A stretch of 25,290 nucleotides of DNA, from positions 1 through 25,290 of IMG/VR virus record IMGVR_UViG_3300045902_000573; one strand, written 5' to 3'. The first letter of the stretch is position 1. Each line of letters starts with the position of its first letter. The DNA is from a virus (taxonomy: Duplodnaviria > Caudoviricetes). A model generated the notes under the pieces. It was not told the origin of the DNA, did not search any database, and saw nothing but the letters and a program-made list of their open reading frames with translations. A program made the translations under genes and the position numbers. Of this stretch, positions 15,603-23,708 are shown piece by piece.

Positions 15603-18371
15603 CTATAAAGAATATCTCTTGTTTAAAAATTGCTCTGTTTGATTTCTTGAAGAAATATAGTGATTTATGCCGTTTTCGTCAATATTGATATAATGCGTGC
15701 TTTGATTTTCTAATGCAGAAGCTAATTTATCAACTTTGCTTAAAAGTGCTTTTATTTCGTTTTTAAGCGTATTTTCGCTTTGATTAGTGAAATCTTTTAC
15801 AAATGAATTAATTGCCTCTGGTGGCACTAAACCGTTGTGTATCGCCGATAACGCAGGGAAATATGCCTTGTTCGTTTTTGCTGACACAACCCTTTCGCCG
15901 GCTGAAAGCCTCGCAAGAATAGAGTCGCTTGTTTCTGTGCCAGGACCTTTCAACATTTCAACGCCTTCTTTGAATTTTGGGATAGGTCGTGAAGCAACTA
16001 ATGCAGCTTGAATTGCCCCTTGTGTGATAGCAAATGCAGAAAAAGGCAAACCGAACGTTTGCGGGCTTGTAGCAAGAGATTTTACAACTGCTAATGCTGT
16101 GTTGATAGCAATATCAAATAATGCTTTGTTTTTTTCTGCCCTTGCTTGTCCTTCTTTTATCTTTTTTTCTTCATTTGCAAATTTAGTCATAATAAACTGC
16201 TTGTTTTGCTCGTTATTGCCCGCTAAACGCAATTCTTCTTCTTGCTTCGCTTTTAAATTTTGCAGTTTTGCTTCGCTGTTTATTCTATCAAACTCAAACG
16301 CAGCTTGCCCAAGCGACTGCCCAAAATTAAAAGTTGCTTCTATTACTCGCTTCTCCCATTCTTTGCCTTCTGCTATTATTCGTTGCTTTTCTTCTTCAGC
16401 ACGCTTTGTTGCTTCAACTTCTTTTTCTATTGCATCTAATTTCGCTTTATTCGCTTCATCTAAAGCCTTTTTTTGCTCTTCTAACGATTTTTTGAAAATT
16501 TCTTGTTTTTTCTTTTCTTTATCTGAAAGAATTTTCCTGCTTTCTTCTTCAGTTTGTCTTTCAATAAGCAAAATTTCACTGTTTGTTAGCTTTTTAGTTT
16601 TTATTGCGTTGTTTTTATCTATTTCGTATTTTATTTTTGCTTGCTTGTTTTTTTCTTCTATTACAGCAAGTTCCGCACGTGCAAGACTTTCTTGCAAGCT
16701 AATTTTCTCTGCAACGCTTAAATTTTCTGCTTGTAAAGCCTCTTTGTACCTTGCTACACGAAATTCTGCTTCTTGCAACGCTAATTCTTGCTCTGCTTTC
16801 AGTTCTCTAAGCCTGAATTCTGCTGCTTGTCTTGCTTTTTCTTCTAAAAGACGTTTTTGCTCTTCTAATGCTCTTTTTCTTGCTTCTTCTGCTAATTTTG
16901 CCTCTTTTTTGCGTTCTTCATCTGCCTTTTTTGCTTGTTCTTCTGCATATTTGCGAGAAGCTGCAAATACTTCTTCTTCTTCTTTTTTAAGAAAATCTAA
17001 TCTATCTCTTTCAAGTTTTAATGTTTTTGTAGAAATCCCAAACTTGTCCAGAGACTCACTATTTAACGCTTTTTGATATTCTAATTGCTCTTGTTTTATT
17101 TTTGCAATTCTATTTTCGATTTCACTTAATCCAAAATAAGACTTTAGTATTTCTTTTCTATCTTGCAACTCTTTCTCACTCATTCCCGCTTTTTTGTATT
17201 CTTCTAATTTTCTCTGAACAGCTACTATTGCTTCTGCTTGCTTTGCGTACAATTCGTTAAGTTCTTCTGCAAGTTTTTTATCGCCTTGTTCAGCGAGTCC
17301 CAAAATCCTTTTTTTCTCAAAAACTATGTTTACATTTTTTAGCGTTTTTTCCAAATCTTCATAACTCGCTTTTTCAAGATTGATGTTATCTATGTATTCT
17401 CCATACTTTGATTGTAATTCATTTATAATGCGAGTCCTCGCTTCACCTTGCACGTTTGTATCTTGCAAAGCCTTCACAAGAGCTGTAAATTCGTTTCTTT
17501 CACTTTCAATTTTCTCTTCAAATGGAATTTCTATCAAGTCTTTGATAGTATTTAGAAAAGATGAAGAAATATTTAATGCTTCTGAAAACGCATCTTTAAA
17601 ACGCTCGCCGACCGCTAATTTCAGTTGGTCGAACGTATCACCTAAATTTGATAATTGCCCCTCCAGCGTTTTAGAAATAGCCGCCATACCACCGCTAACG
17701 CCCTTCAAATCCCCAAGACTTAGGATATACGCTCTTACAGCATCGTTTGTCTTTGCTACTTCTGTAGTAACACCTTTAAAGCTAAACGCAATTTTGTCGC
17801 CGTTCTGGCTTGCTTTTATGCCGAATTCTTTTAAACGCTCAAATTCAAAGCTCTGTGCATCTAAAATTGCCTCAGTTAGTTGGTCAAATTTTTTGCCCGT
17901 CGCACTTGCAAGGTCTCCGAGTTTTCTCATCTCTTCAGTTGTGGGTTTAAAGCCCGCGTTTGCAAGTTTTACAAAACTTTCTGTTAATTCTTCGACCGCA
18001 AACGGCGTAGATGAAGCAAAATCGTTTATTTGCTTCATTGCTTTTTGTGCTTCCGAACGGCTACCTAAAGTATTTGTCAAAACAGCCTCAAACTTTTGAA
18101 ATGTCGCAGTAGTTTTGAATACTTCTTGTGTAAAATCTTTGATTTTATCTACCGCAAAAAGCCCTGCAAGAGCCACACCCGCCATTTTTGCAATACCTGA
18201 AAGTTTCGATATATGACCTTGAGTAGATTGCAAACCTTGATTGGCACTCTTATTCGCTTCCTCAAACGCTTTTTTGCGTTTTTTTTCTGCTTCTGTAATG
18301 CTATCTAAGCCTTGCCGAGCCTCCTGGTCGCCTCGTATTCTTACTTCAATATCGTATATCTTATTTGCCAT
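15603..18371 (-). CDS. Tail tape measure protein
   Basis: 922 aa; N-terminal domain FASSTPFAVEELTESFVKL...MRKLGDLA, long E/K/A coiled coil, C-terminal PKFKEG..GPGTETSDSILARLSAGERVV. Confidence 0.92.
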   Translation of the reverse strand: MANKIYDIEVRIRGDQEARQGLDSITEAEKKRKKAFEEANKSANQGLQSTQGHISKLSGIAKMAGVALAGLFAVDKIKDFTQEVFKTTATFQKFEAVLTNTLGSRSEAQKAMKQINDFASSTPFAVEELTESFVKLANAGFKPTTEEMRKLGDLASATGKKFDQLTEAILDAQSFEFERLKEFGIKASQNGDKIAFSFKGVTTEVAKTNDAVRAYILSLGDLKGVSGGMAAISKTLEGQLSNLGDTFDQLKLAVGERFKDAFSEALNISSSFLNTIKDLIEIPFEEKIESERNEFTALVKALQDTNVQGEARTRIINELQSKYGEYIDNINLEKASYEDLEKTLKNVNIVFEKKRILGLAEQGDKKLAEELNELYAKQAEAIVAVQRKLEEYKKAGMSEKELQDRKEILKSYFGLSEIENRIAKIKQEQLEYQKALNSESLDKFGISTKTLKLERDRLDFLKKEEEEVFAASRKYAEEQAKKADEERKKEAKLAEEARKRALEEQKRLLEEKARQAAEFRLRELKAEQELALQEAEFRVARYKEALQAENLSVAEKISLQESLARAELAVIEEKNKQAKIKYEIDKNNAIKTKKLTNSEILLIERQTEEESRKILSDKEKKKQEIFKKSLEEQKKALDEANKAKLDAIEKEVEATKRAEEEKQRIIAEGKEWEKRVIEATFNFGQSLGQAAFEFDRINSEAKLQNLKAKQEEELRLAGNNEQNKQFIMTKFANEEKKIKEGQARAEKNKALFDIAINTALAVVKSLATSPQTFGLPFSAFAITQGAIQAALVASRPIPKFKEGVEMLKGPGTETSDSILARLSAGERVVSAKTNKAYFPALSAIHNGLVPPEAINSFVKDFTNQSENTLKNEIKALLSKVDKLASALENQSTHYINIDENGINHYISSRNQTEQFLNKRYSL

Positions 18372-18624
18372 CTAACGCTTCTATGTGTTTGTAATATTCT
18401 TCTATTGTCATACGTTTAACGCTATCGAGCGTCTGATGCGTTCTTTGTGCGAACGCAATGTATCCATCAAGCCTGCTCTTACGACTTCTTCTGACAAAGA
18501 ATTCATAAGGAGTTCCAAATGTCTTAAAATTTCTTCGTTTTGAGCTTTGTAGTATTGACTTATACTCAATGCTGAGCTGTCTAAAAAGGGAATGAACACC
18601 TTGATAGGCTTTTTCAAAAAAAAA
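18361..18624 (-). CDS. Start-less -1 frame, lambda gpT-like part of the tail assembly chaperone
   Basis: 87 sense codons from the T9 run (FFFEKAYQGVH...LDSVKRMTIEEYYKHIEALDGK*), ending over the tape measure start. Confidence 0.65.
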   Translation of the reverse strand, partial: FFFEKAYQGVHSLFRQLSIEYKSILQSSKRRNFKTFGTPYEFFVRRSRKSRLDGYIAFAQRTHQTLDSVKRMTIEEYYKHIEALDGK

Positions 18625-19064
18625 CTATCAACATCTTCATTTTGCTTCCAGAACGCTATTTTCTTCTCTGCAAACGCTAAATCGTAGCTGTAAGGGTCTT
18701 CGTTTTCTTCAACATAAATAATAGAAGCTAATTTGTAAAGCAAATCTATGTTTGTAATATGAGTCAATCTTGATTTTAATAATTCAGTATGAATAGCAAC
18801 TTGACTTAATTTGCCTTTGTCGCAAAGTTCTAAAATAGCATCACAAAACATTTTCAGATATTCAAAATCTACTTTGCAGTCAAGTTCTGTATAAACGTCC
18901 TGAGCGGATAAAGCACGCTCAACAGGCATCAACATTTCATCAGAAAATTGATAAAAACACTTTCCACCGCTTGCAAACGCAAATTGCATCTGCTTTGCAG
19001 GAGGGTTTTTTTTCTTGAAAAACCTTGCATATAAATTTTTTATCTTGTTCAACTGCTTTAACAT
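18408..19064 (-). CDS. Tail assembly chaperone (lambda gpG-like)
   Basis: Directly upstream of the tape measure; contains T TTT TTT TTG leading into an open -1 frame. Confidence 0.65.
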   Translation of the reverse strand: MLKQLNKIKNLYARFFKKKNPPAKQMQFAFASGGKCFYQFSDEMLMPVERALSAQDVYTELDCKVDFEYLKMFCDAILELCDKGKLSQVAIHTELLKSRLTHITNIDLLYKLASIIYVEENEDPYSYDLAFAEKKIAFWKQNEDVDSFFLKKPIKVFIPFLDSSALSISQYYKAQNEEILRHLELLMNSLSEEVVRAGLMDTLRSHKERIRRSIALNV

Positions 19065-19474
19065 ATCTTTACTGAATAGTTAAATTCAAACTCTAAAACG
19101 TATGTATAGACGTTTGTTTGATTGTCTTCTAAATATTCACTTGCTAAAAACTTTTCAGCAACAAAATTCATATTTAAAACAGTAGCTTTGACAAGTTCTA
19201 CTAAGTCAAAAATCCTCAAACCTTGCACAAATTGCGGACTTTGGATATTTGTGTCAGCAAAGTTTTCTTGAATTACTCTGATTGTTACACGAGACTTTGC
19301 TCTTTGTATTCTACTGCTTTCTTGCTTTTCAAAAGATGTTTGAATTTTGATAGTTGCTTTTGGCAAAATAGCCTCCGAGCCCACATCTGAATAATCAGAT
19401 CGGTGCAAATCAATGATTTTTAATTCATCAATTTGTGCTAATTCATTTGCAATATCTAAATACAGTTCTTTCAT
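19058..19474 (-). CDS. Putative tail terminator (Mu gp37-like)
   Basis: 138 aa; LYLDIANEL..I..LKIIDL start and YTYVLEFEF end, size and pattern of tail terminator proteins. Confidence 0.5.
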   Translation of the reverse strand: MKELYLDIANELAQIDELKIIDLHRSDYSDVGSEAILPKATIKIQTSFEKQESSRIQRAKSRVTIRVIQENFADTNIQSPQFVQGLRIFDLVELVKATVLNMNFVAEKFLASEYLEDNQTNVYTYVLEFEFNYSVKIC

Positions 19475-19480
19475 ACTATT

Positions 19481-19514
19481 AAAAAAGGGTGCTAAAAATC
19501 AACACCCTTTTTTT
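19481..19514 (-). terminator. Intrinsic terminator after the capsid and tail-tube genes
   Basis: AAAAAAGGGTG-ctaaaaatcaa-CACCCTTTTTT. Confidence 0.7.
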
Positions 19515-19545
19515 AAACCAACTAACTTCCAAAAACAAATACATA

Positions 19546-20091
19546 TTATCTAAACAAGTCTAATTGTGCTTGTGCAATGCCAGAAACGGGTTTTGCTAAG
19601 TCTATATTAGACCACGTCATCGTAAAATTAAAGCTCCTAACCTCTTCTAAATTTTGCGTTAAAGGCATTGTAGGAACAATCGTAACGTCTCTGTTGCCTG
19701 AGTAAAGCATCTCTTGAAAATTTCCTGTTATGAGCACAATCCCAAAATTCTTCGCTTTACAAAGAGAATTCATAAGAGCCCAATTCTTTGGATTGTACTC
19801 TACTTTTCCCGTTACTGTGTGCTTTCTGCCTGCGACTTGCTCCACTTTTGCCCCGTAAGCCTCTTGAATAATGTTCGGAACGCCTCCATCGTACTCCGCT
19901 GTGACATCGTCTAAAACAACGACATCGTCCAACAAATCAGGCAAATCGGCATAATTCCAAGATGCTGCAAGCCCAAAATCGATGCCACCGACTTTAATAA
20001 TGCCAATCGCGACAATTTTAGAATAAAAAAACGGGTCTGTATTGCAATCTAAAGGGAGATACGTCCCTAAATTTCCACAACCGTAAGGCAT
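19546..20091 (-). CDS. Putative major tail tube protein
   Basis: 181 aa beta-rich protein after the capsid gene, with a strong RBS and a downstream terminator (pattern of a highly expressed gene). Confidence 0.6.
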   Translation of the reverse strand: MPYGCGNLGTYLPLDCNTDPFFYSKIVAIGIIKVGGIDFGLAASWNYADLPDLLDDVVVLDDVTAEYDGGVPNIIQEAYGAKVEQVAGRKHTVTGKVEYNPKNWALMNSLCKAKNFGIVLITGNFQEMLYSGNRDVTIVPTMPLTQNLEEVRSFNFTMTWSNIDLAKPVSGIAQAQLDLFR

Positions 20092-20121
20092 ATTTACCTC
20101 CTTTTTTTAATATGTTTTTTT

Positions 20122-21063
20122 TTAGATACCTTCTGCAATAATCGCAATGCCTCGTCCGTCTGAGTAGAACCTGCTACCTCCTGCAAGCATCGTTGCAGAA
20201 AACTCCGTACCTCCGTGCTCTTGCTTAATTACCACAAGACTTTCTTGTGCAATAGCACGAGAGACGAATTGTGGGTGCCAAGCAATTGCCACATTACAAC
20301 TGTCTGAAGTCGTTGCGGTAGGTGTCAACGTATCAGCCGCTTTTGGTATGACCATTGCGTCATCTGAATGGTCAAAAAATGGCAATTGTGAACGCATAAA
20401 TACGTTAAATCCATAGATTTTCACAATAGCTCCATTCACCAACCCGTTCGTGGTGCCAATGATTGTGCTATCTAAAAGATTTTGGATTTCCAGCAAGTCC
20501 ATTTCCATTTCGGGTGGTACCACCAAAACACGCTGTCCGTCATCAGGGACATTGTCTTTGTTCATAGCCCTCCTTGCTGCTAATATATCAGCAAGCGTTA
20601 ATTTTTTTCTTGTGCCTGTGCCGTTTGCAATGCGTAAGTTCGCAGCTACATCTGCTCCTGTTGTGCGAAGTTTTGTCTTTGCCCCAGATGCCCAATTATA
20701 CAATATTCTCATCGCAATATCGTCCAAAAGACCCGATAGGTGGTCTTGGATTACATCTTGCCTCTTAGAATAATTGATAATCATTTCCTCTGTCCAATCG
20801 ATTTTGACGGGAATTGACTGAAACTCGTGTAGCGTGTAGCTTCGTAGCGTGTCGGGTCTTGTGCCAACTGTTAAGGCAACAGTGTCTCTGTCGATTACAA
20901 CATTTGCTTTTACGCCGCTTTGGTTCCAGTTCACTGTTTTGCCCTTTGCAGAGGCGTTCCAATTTCTTGAATATTGCAAACATTGATTAGATGCAAATAA
21001 ATTCCTTGCTAAATCTGCAAGAAACAATTGTGTTGCGGTTGAGTATGTGTTAGGTGCTGCCAT
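20122..21063 (-). CDS. Major capsid protein
   Basis: 313 aa after the protease; GKTVNW, ILAARRAMNKDNVPDDGQRVLVVPPEMEMDLL, GAIVKIYGFNVF and AIAWHP.FV patterns of phage capsid proteins. Confidence 0.85.
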   Translation of the reverse strand: MAAPNTYSTATQLFLADLARNLFASNQCLQYSRNWNASAKGKTVNWNQSGVKANVVIDRDTVALTVGTRPDTLRSYTLHEFQSIPVKIDWTEEMIINYSKRQDVIQDHLSGLLDDIAMRILYNWASGAKTKLRTTGADVAANLRIANGTGTRKKLTLADILAARRAMNKDNVPDDGQRVLVVPPEMEMDLLEIQNLLDSTIIGTTNGLVNGAIVKIYGFNVFMRSQLPFFDHSDDAMVIPKAADTLTPTATTSDSCNVAIAWHPQFVSRAIAQESLVVIKQEHGGTEFSATMLAGGSRFYSDGRGIAIIAEGI

Positions 21064-21067
21064 TTTT

Positions 21068-21913
21068 TTATATCTTAAATGCTTCTTCTAAATATTTTGC
21101 TACTAATTGTGCTGATTGTTCGCCGTTTTCTTCATAAATAGACAAGAGTCTTTCAGGGTCCTCTTTTTCAAGTTTTTGCCAAGAAAGAGACTTCAATTCT
21201 TTGTCCTTGTTTGTTTGCTCAAACTCGCTCATTTTCTTTTGACTTTCTATGAGCTTTTGCTCAATTGATAATTTTTCAGCTTTTAGTCTGTCAGCTTCAG
21301 CCTCCGCCTCTGCCAACCTTTTTTGCAATTCTTCTTCCATTTTTTTGTCTATTTCGTTTTGAATACTAAGTTGCACTGCTACTGTTTTTTGTGTTTGCTC
21401 TTGTGTTTCAGAAGCATTTTGAACATCTAATTTGTATTTTGCTTGTGCTTCTGCCATTGAGAGCTTTTTATACCCGCCATCTTCTTTTTCTTCATATATC
21501 GCCAAACTCACCGCCTCGCCGTTCGCGGGAATTGTCGCAAGCGACACTTCAATTAATTTTGATTTAGTTACAGTAGGTAATGTTTGCCCTGCAAGCATCA
21601 ATGAGGGGTCCTTGCTTGTCTCTTTTATCAAAATTCCTAAACTTGTTGCATTGATAATACCGTCCTGAACGTCGTTCTTCCACTCTTGCCCTTTTGCGTT
21701 CCGTGAAAATTGAGGATTAGAAACGTATAATTTGCCGTCTTTTTTCTCAATAGAAGTCCATTTGCCGATGCGTTCCCAATGATCGCCGAGCATTATTGGG
21801 TTGTTTCTAAAATCCTCAATATCAATGCCATCTGTCAATACACGAAACCCATACGCATTGACGTTTTCCGTACTTGCTATGAAAGTTTTTTCTATGATTT
21901 CATTTGCAACCAT
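21068..21913 (-). CDS. Prohead serine protease with C-terminal scaffold
   Basis: VNAYGFRVLTDGID..FRNNPIML.DH..IGKW, ATSLG and LIEVSLATIPAN; coiled-coil C-terminal third. Confidence 0.85.
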   Translation of the reverse strand: MVANEIIEKTFIASTENVNAYGFRVLTDGIDIEDFRNNPIMLGDHWERIGKWTSIEKKDGKLYVSNPQFSRNAKGQEWKNDVQDGIINATSLGILIKETSKDPSLMLAGQTLPTVTKSKLIEVSLATIPANGEAVSLAIYEEKEDGGYKKLSMAEAQAKYKLDVQNASETQEQTQKTVAVQLSIQNEIDKKMEEELQKRLAEAEAEADRLKAEKLSIEQKLIESQKKMSEFEQTNKDKELKSLSWQKLEKEDPERLLSIYEENGEQSAQLVAKYLEEAFKI

Positions 21914-21930
21914 CTACAAAATCAATTTTT

Positions 21931-21963
21931 TTTGCTAAATTAAATGAATTTTTATTAAATTTG
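21931..21963 (+). promoter_or_regulatory. Bacteroidota-type promoter, divergent from the head operon
   Basis: TTTG (21931-21934), 21 nt, TAAATTTG (21956-21963). Confidence 0.6.
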
Positions 21964-21996
21964 TGAATGTGTGCCCACAAAACATCGGAAGCAATT

Positions 21997-22164
21997 ATGA
22001 ATAAAAACAATAAATATAGTAACTTTATCAAAACAAGAGTTACAACTAATAAAAAAGAAGCGTTTAGAGTTCACGCAGAAAAAAAAGGTTTTGCGATGAG
22101 CACACTTCTAAAAAAATTGATGGATAAAGATATGAAAGAAAATATTATCCCACCGAATTTTTAA
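21997..22164 (+). CDS. Ribbon-helix-helix DNA-binding protein
   Basis: FIKTRVTTNKKEAFRVHAEKKGFAMSTLLKKLM is a strand-helix-helix pattern. ATG 21997 is preferred because 21967 lies too close to the -7 box. Confidence 0.65.
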   Translation: MNKNNKYSNFIKTRVTTNKKEAFRVHAEKKGFAMSTLLKKLMDKDMKENIIPPNF

Positions 22165-22190
22165 CGTTTAACACTTTAAATTTTACAAAT

Positions 22191-22406
22191 ATGGCAAAAT
22201 TAACAAACGCAAAAATCGAGAGAAACAAAGATGATAATTTCAAAGACACTATCTACATTCAGTACAACGAAAGCACAAATACAGATGAAGTGCAATCCTT
22301 ACAATCGCTGAAAGCAAAGCTACAGGACCCCGCAAATCAGCCAAAAATCACCATTTACGACGTTTCTGACACGATTACATTTGAGATAACGTGGCAGACA
22401 CCTTAA
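22191..22406 (+). CDS. Hypothetical protein, 71 aa
   Basis: ATG ORF with an A-rich leader in the plus-strand island. Confidence 0.65.
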   Translation: MAKLTNAKIERNKDDNFKDTIYIQYNESTNTDEVQSLQSLKAKLQDPANQPKITIYDVSDTITFEITWQTP

Positions 22407-22423
22407 TAAAAATATGAAAAATA

Positions 22424-22777
22424 ATGAAACTTGTAAGGCAAATTACAGAAACAATAGCTGTCTTAGTTGAAAATGATATATTGAATAACTTTGATAAAGA
22501 AGCGTTCAACAATCAAGCTTGGGGACCTCGCAAACGCGAGGACAGGCAACAAGGACGGCGTGCTTTACTTGTAAAAACAGGGCAGATGAAGCGTGGAATT
22601 AGTGTAAGAGTTGAGGGCAAACTAATTGCTGTGTATTCAGATATGAATTATGCAATATATCACAATGAAGGCACAGATAAAATCCCGAAAAGGCAGTTTG
22701 TTGGCTTTACAGATGAATTAGAAAAGCAAATAGACAAAGAAGTAGATGCTATTTTAGAAAAATTTTTCTCTGAATAG
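22424..22777 (+). CDS. Phage virion morphogenesis protein (Mu gpG-like)
   Basis: AWGPRK...RRALLVKTGQMKRGI, SDMNYAIYHNEG and IPKRQFVG motifs. Confidence 0.85.
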   Translation: MKLVRQITETIAVLVENDILNNFDKEAFNNQAWGPRKREDRQQGRRALLVKTGQMKRGISVRVEGKLIAVYSDMNYAIYHNEGTDKIPKRQFVGFTDELEKQIDKEVDAILEKFFSE

Positions 22778-22798
22778 TTTGATGTGAAAAGATGATAC

Positions 22799-22827
22799 AA
22801 AGAAACCCCTCATTGAGGGGCTTTTTT
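22799..22827. terminator. Terminator between convergent genes
   Basis: CCCCTC-att-GAGGGG-c-TTTTTT with an A-rich 5' flank. Confidence 0.65.
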
Positions 22828-22877
22828 GTATTTATATTTATGAAAAAATCGTACTAATTCAAAAAGTTGTTTTTTAT

Positions 22878-23708
22878 TTACTCGCTTTTATTAAGAATTT
22901 CATTGATTTTTGATTTTTCTTCATCTGAAACGTCAAAATAAGTGTGTTTCTCAGGGAAAACAACGCCTTTTTTTGCAGTATTTGCCCAAAACATTGAAGG
23001 CATATCATTTTTAATTTTAGTCATTTCTTCGCTGCTTACTTCTTTGCCTGACGTGCCTTTCTTTACTCTTTTGACCGTACAACGACAATTCCAACCATTC
23101 GGAGGATAAAAAGTATCCCAGAAAGGCGAGTCGACAGGTTCCACGATGCCGTTCAATTTGCTGTGGTCGGCTCTTGTTCTGTCATCTTTTACAGCTACGT
23201 ATTGCAAATCAAACAAATCTTTTGTTTCATCAAAAATTTGCCATTTTTTAGCCATCTGAGAACTTGCAACGGCGTGGTTATATTCAGCTTTTAGGTAGTT
23301 TAGATTGTAATTGTTGTTAAGAGAAATGACATCTTTTTGAAATGTATCAAAAGACTTTAAAGCACCGTTCTTATCCACAAGCAAATTCGTAACTTCTTTT
23401 AGTTCTCTGTAAGACTTAAAACCTGAAAAATATTGAATATCTGACAGAAGTTTATCAACGAGCTCTTTTTCACTGCTTGAAATAACATTGTCAAAAACTT
23501 CTCTGACAGCTTTTGAAATCTCTTTCTTTGTTAAATTCGTCAAACTTCTTATGATTTGTTCAAAAGAAAATATGTCTATTTTTTCTTTTTTCTTGAAAAA
23601 CTCATAAGCCTCGTATGCAAACTTTTGAAGCAGGGCAAGAAAATCATCTAAGATGTTGAGCTTAACAAACTGCCCTTCATTTGTTAAGCTCTGGCGAAAG
23701 GGTAGCCA
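22878..23708 (-). CDS. Minor head protein (Mu gpF / SPP1 gp7 family), probably reached by -1 frameshift from the portal
   Basis: YLKAEYNHAVASSQMA.KW, LQYVAVKDDRTRADH..LNG and FWDTFYPPNGWNCRCTV. The frame is open 55 codons upstream of the TTG at 23543, back to 23708, with no ATG/GTG/TTG in that stretch. Confidence 0.85.
   Translation of the reverse strand, partial: WLPFRQSLTNEGQFVKLNILDDFLALLQKFAYEAYEFFKKKEKIDIFSFEQIIRSLTNLTKKEISKAVREVFDNVISSSEKELVDKLLSDIQYFSGFKSYRELKEVTNLLVDKNGALKSFDTFQKDVISLNNNYNLNYLKAEYNHAVASSQMAKKWQIFDETKDLFDLQYVAVKDDRTRADHSKLNGIVEPVDSPFWDTFYPPNGWNCRCTVKRVKKGTSGKEVSSEEMTKIKNDMPSMFWANTAKKGVVFPEKHTYFDVSDEEKSKINEILNKSE
23632..23702 (-). other. Putative programmed -1 frameshift signal
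   Basis: Heptamer C CCT TTC (23702-23696), 4-nt spacer, perfect 12-bp stem (23691-23680 / 23669-23658), loop AGGGCAG complementary to TTGCCCT (23638-23632). Confidence 0.75.

Noticed and set aside
15787-18099. Long antisense ORFs (350, 239 and 74 aa) opposite the tape measure
   Set aside because: Ser/Phe/Leu-rich mirror of E/K/A coiled-coil codons, which rarely give stops on the reverse strand.
20101-20124. A-run after the capsid stop as a possible capsid extension signal
   Set aside because: The run lies after the TAA, there is no slippery heptamer before the stop, and the next gene has its own RBS and ATG.
23658-23691. 12-bp hairpin read as a terminator after the portal
   Set aside because: No U-tract follows on the minus strand and it lies inside the open gpF frame; it fits a frameshift stimulator better.
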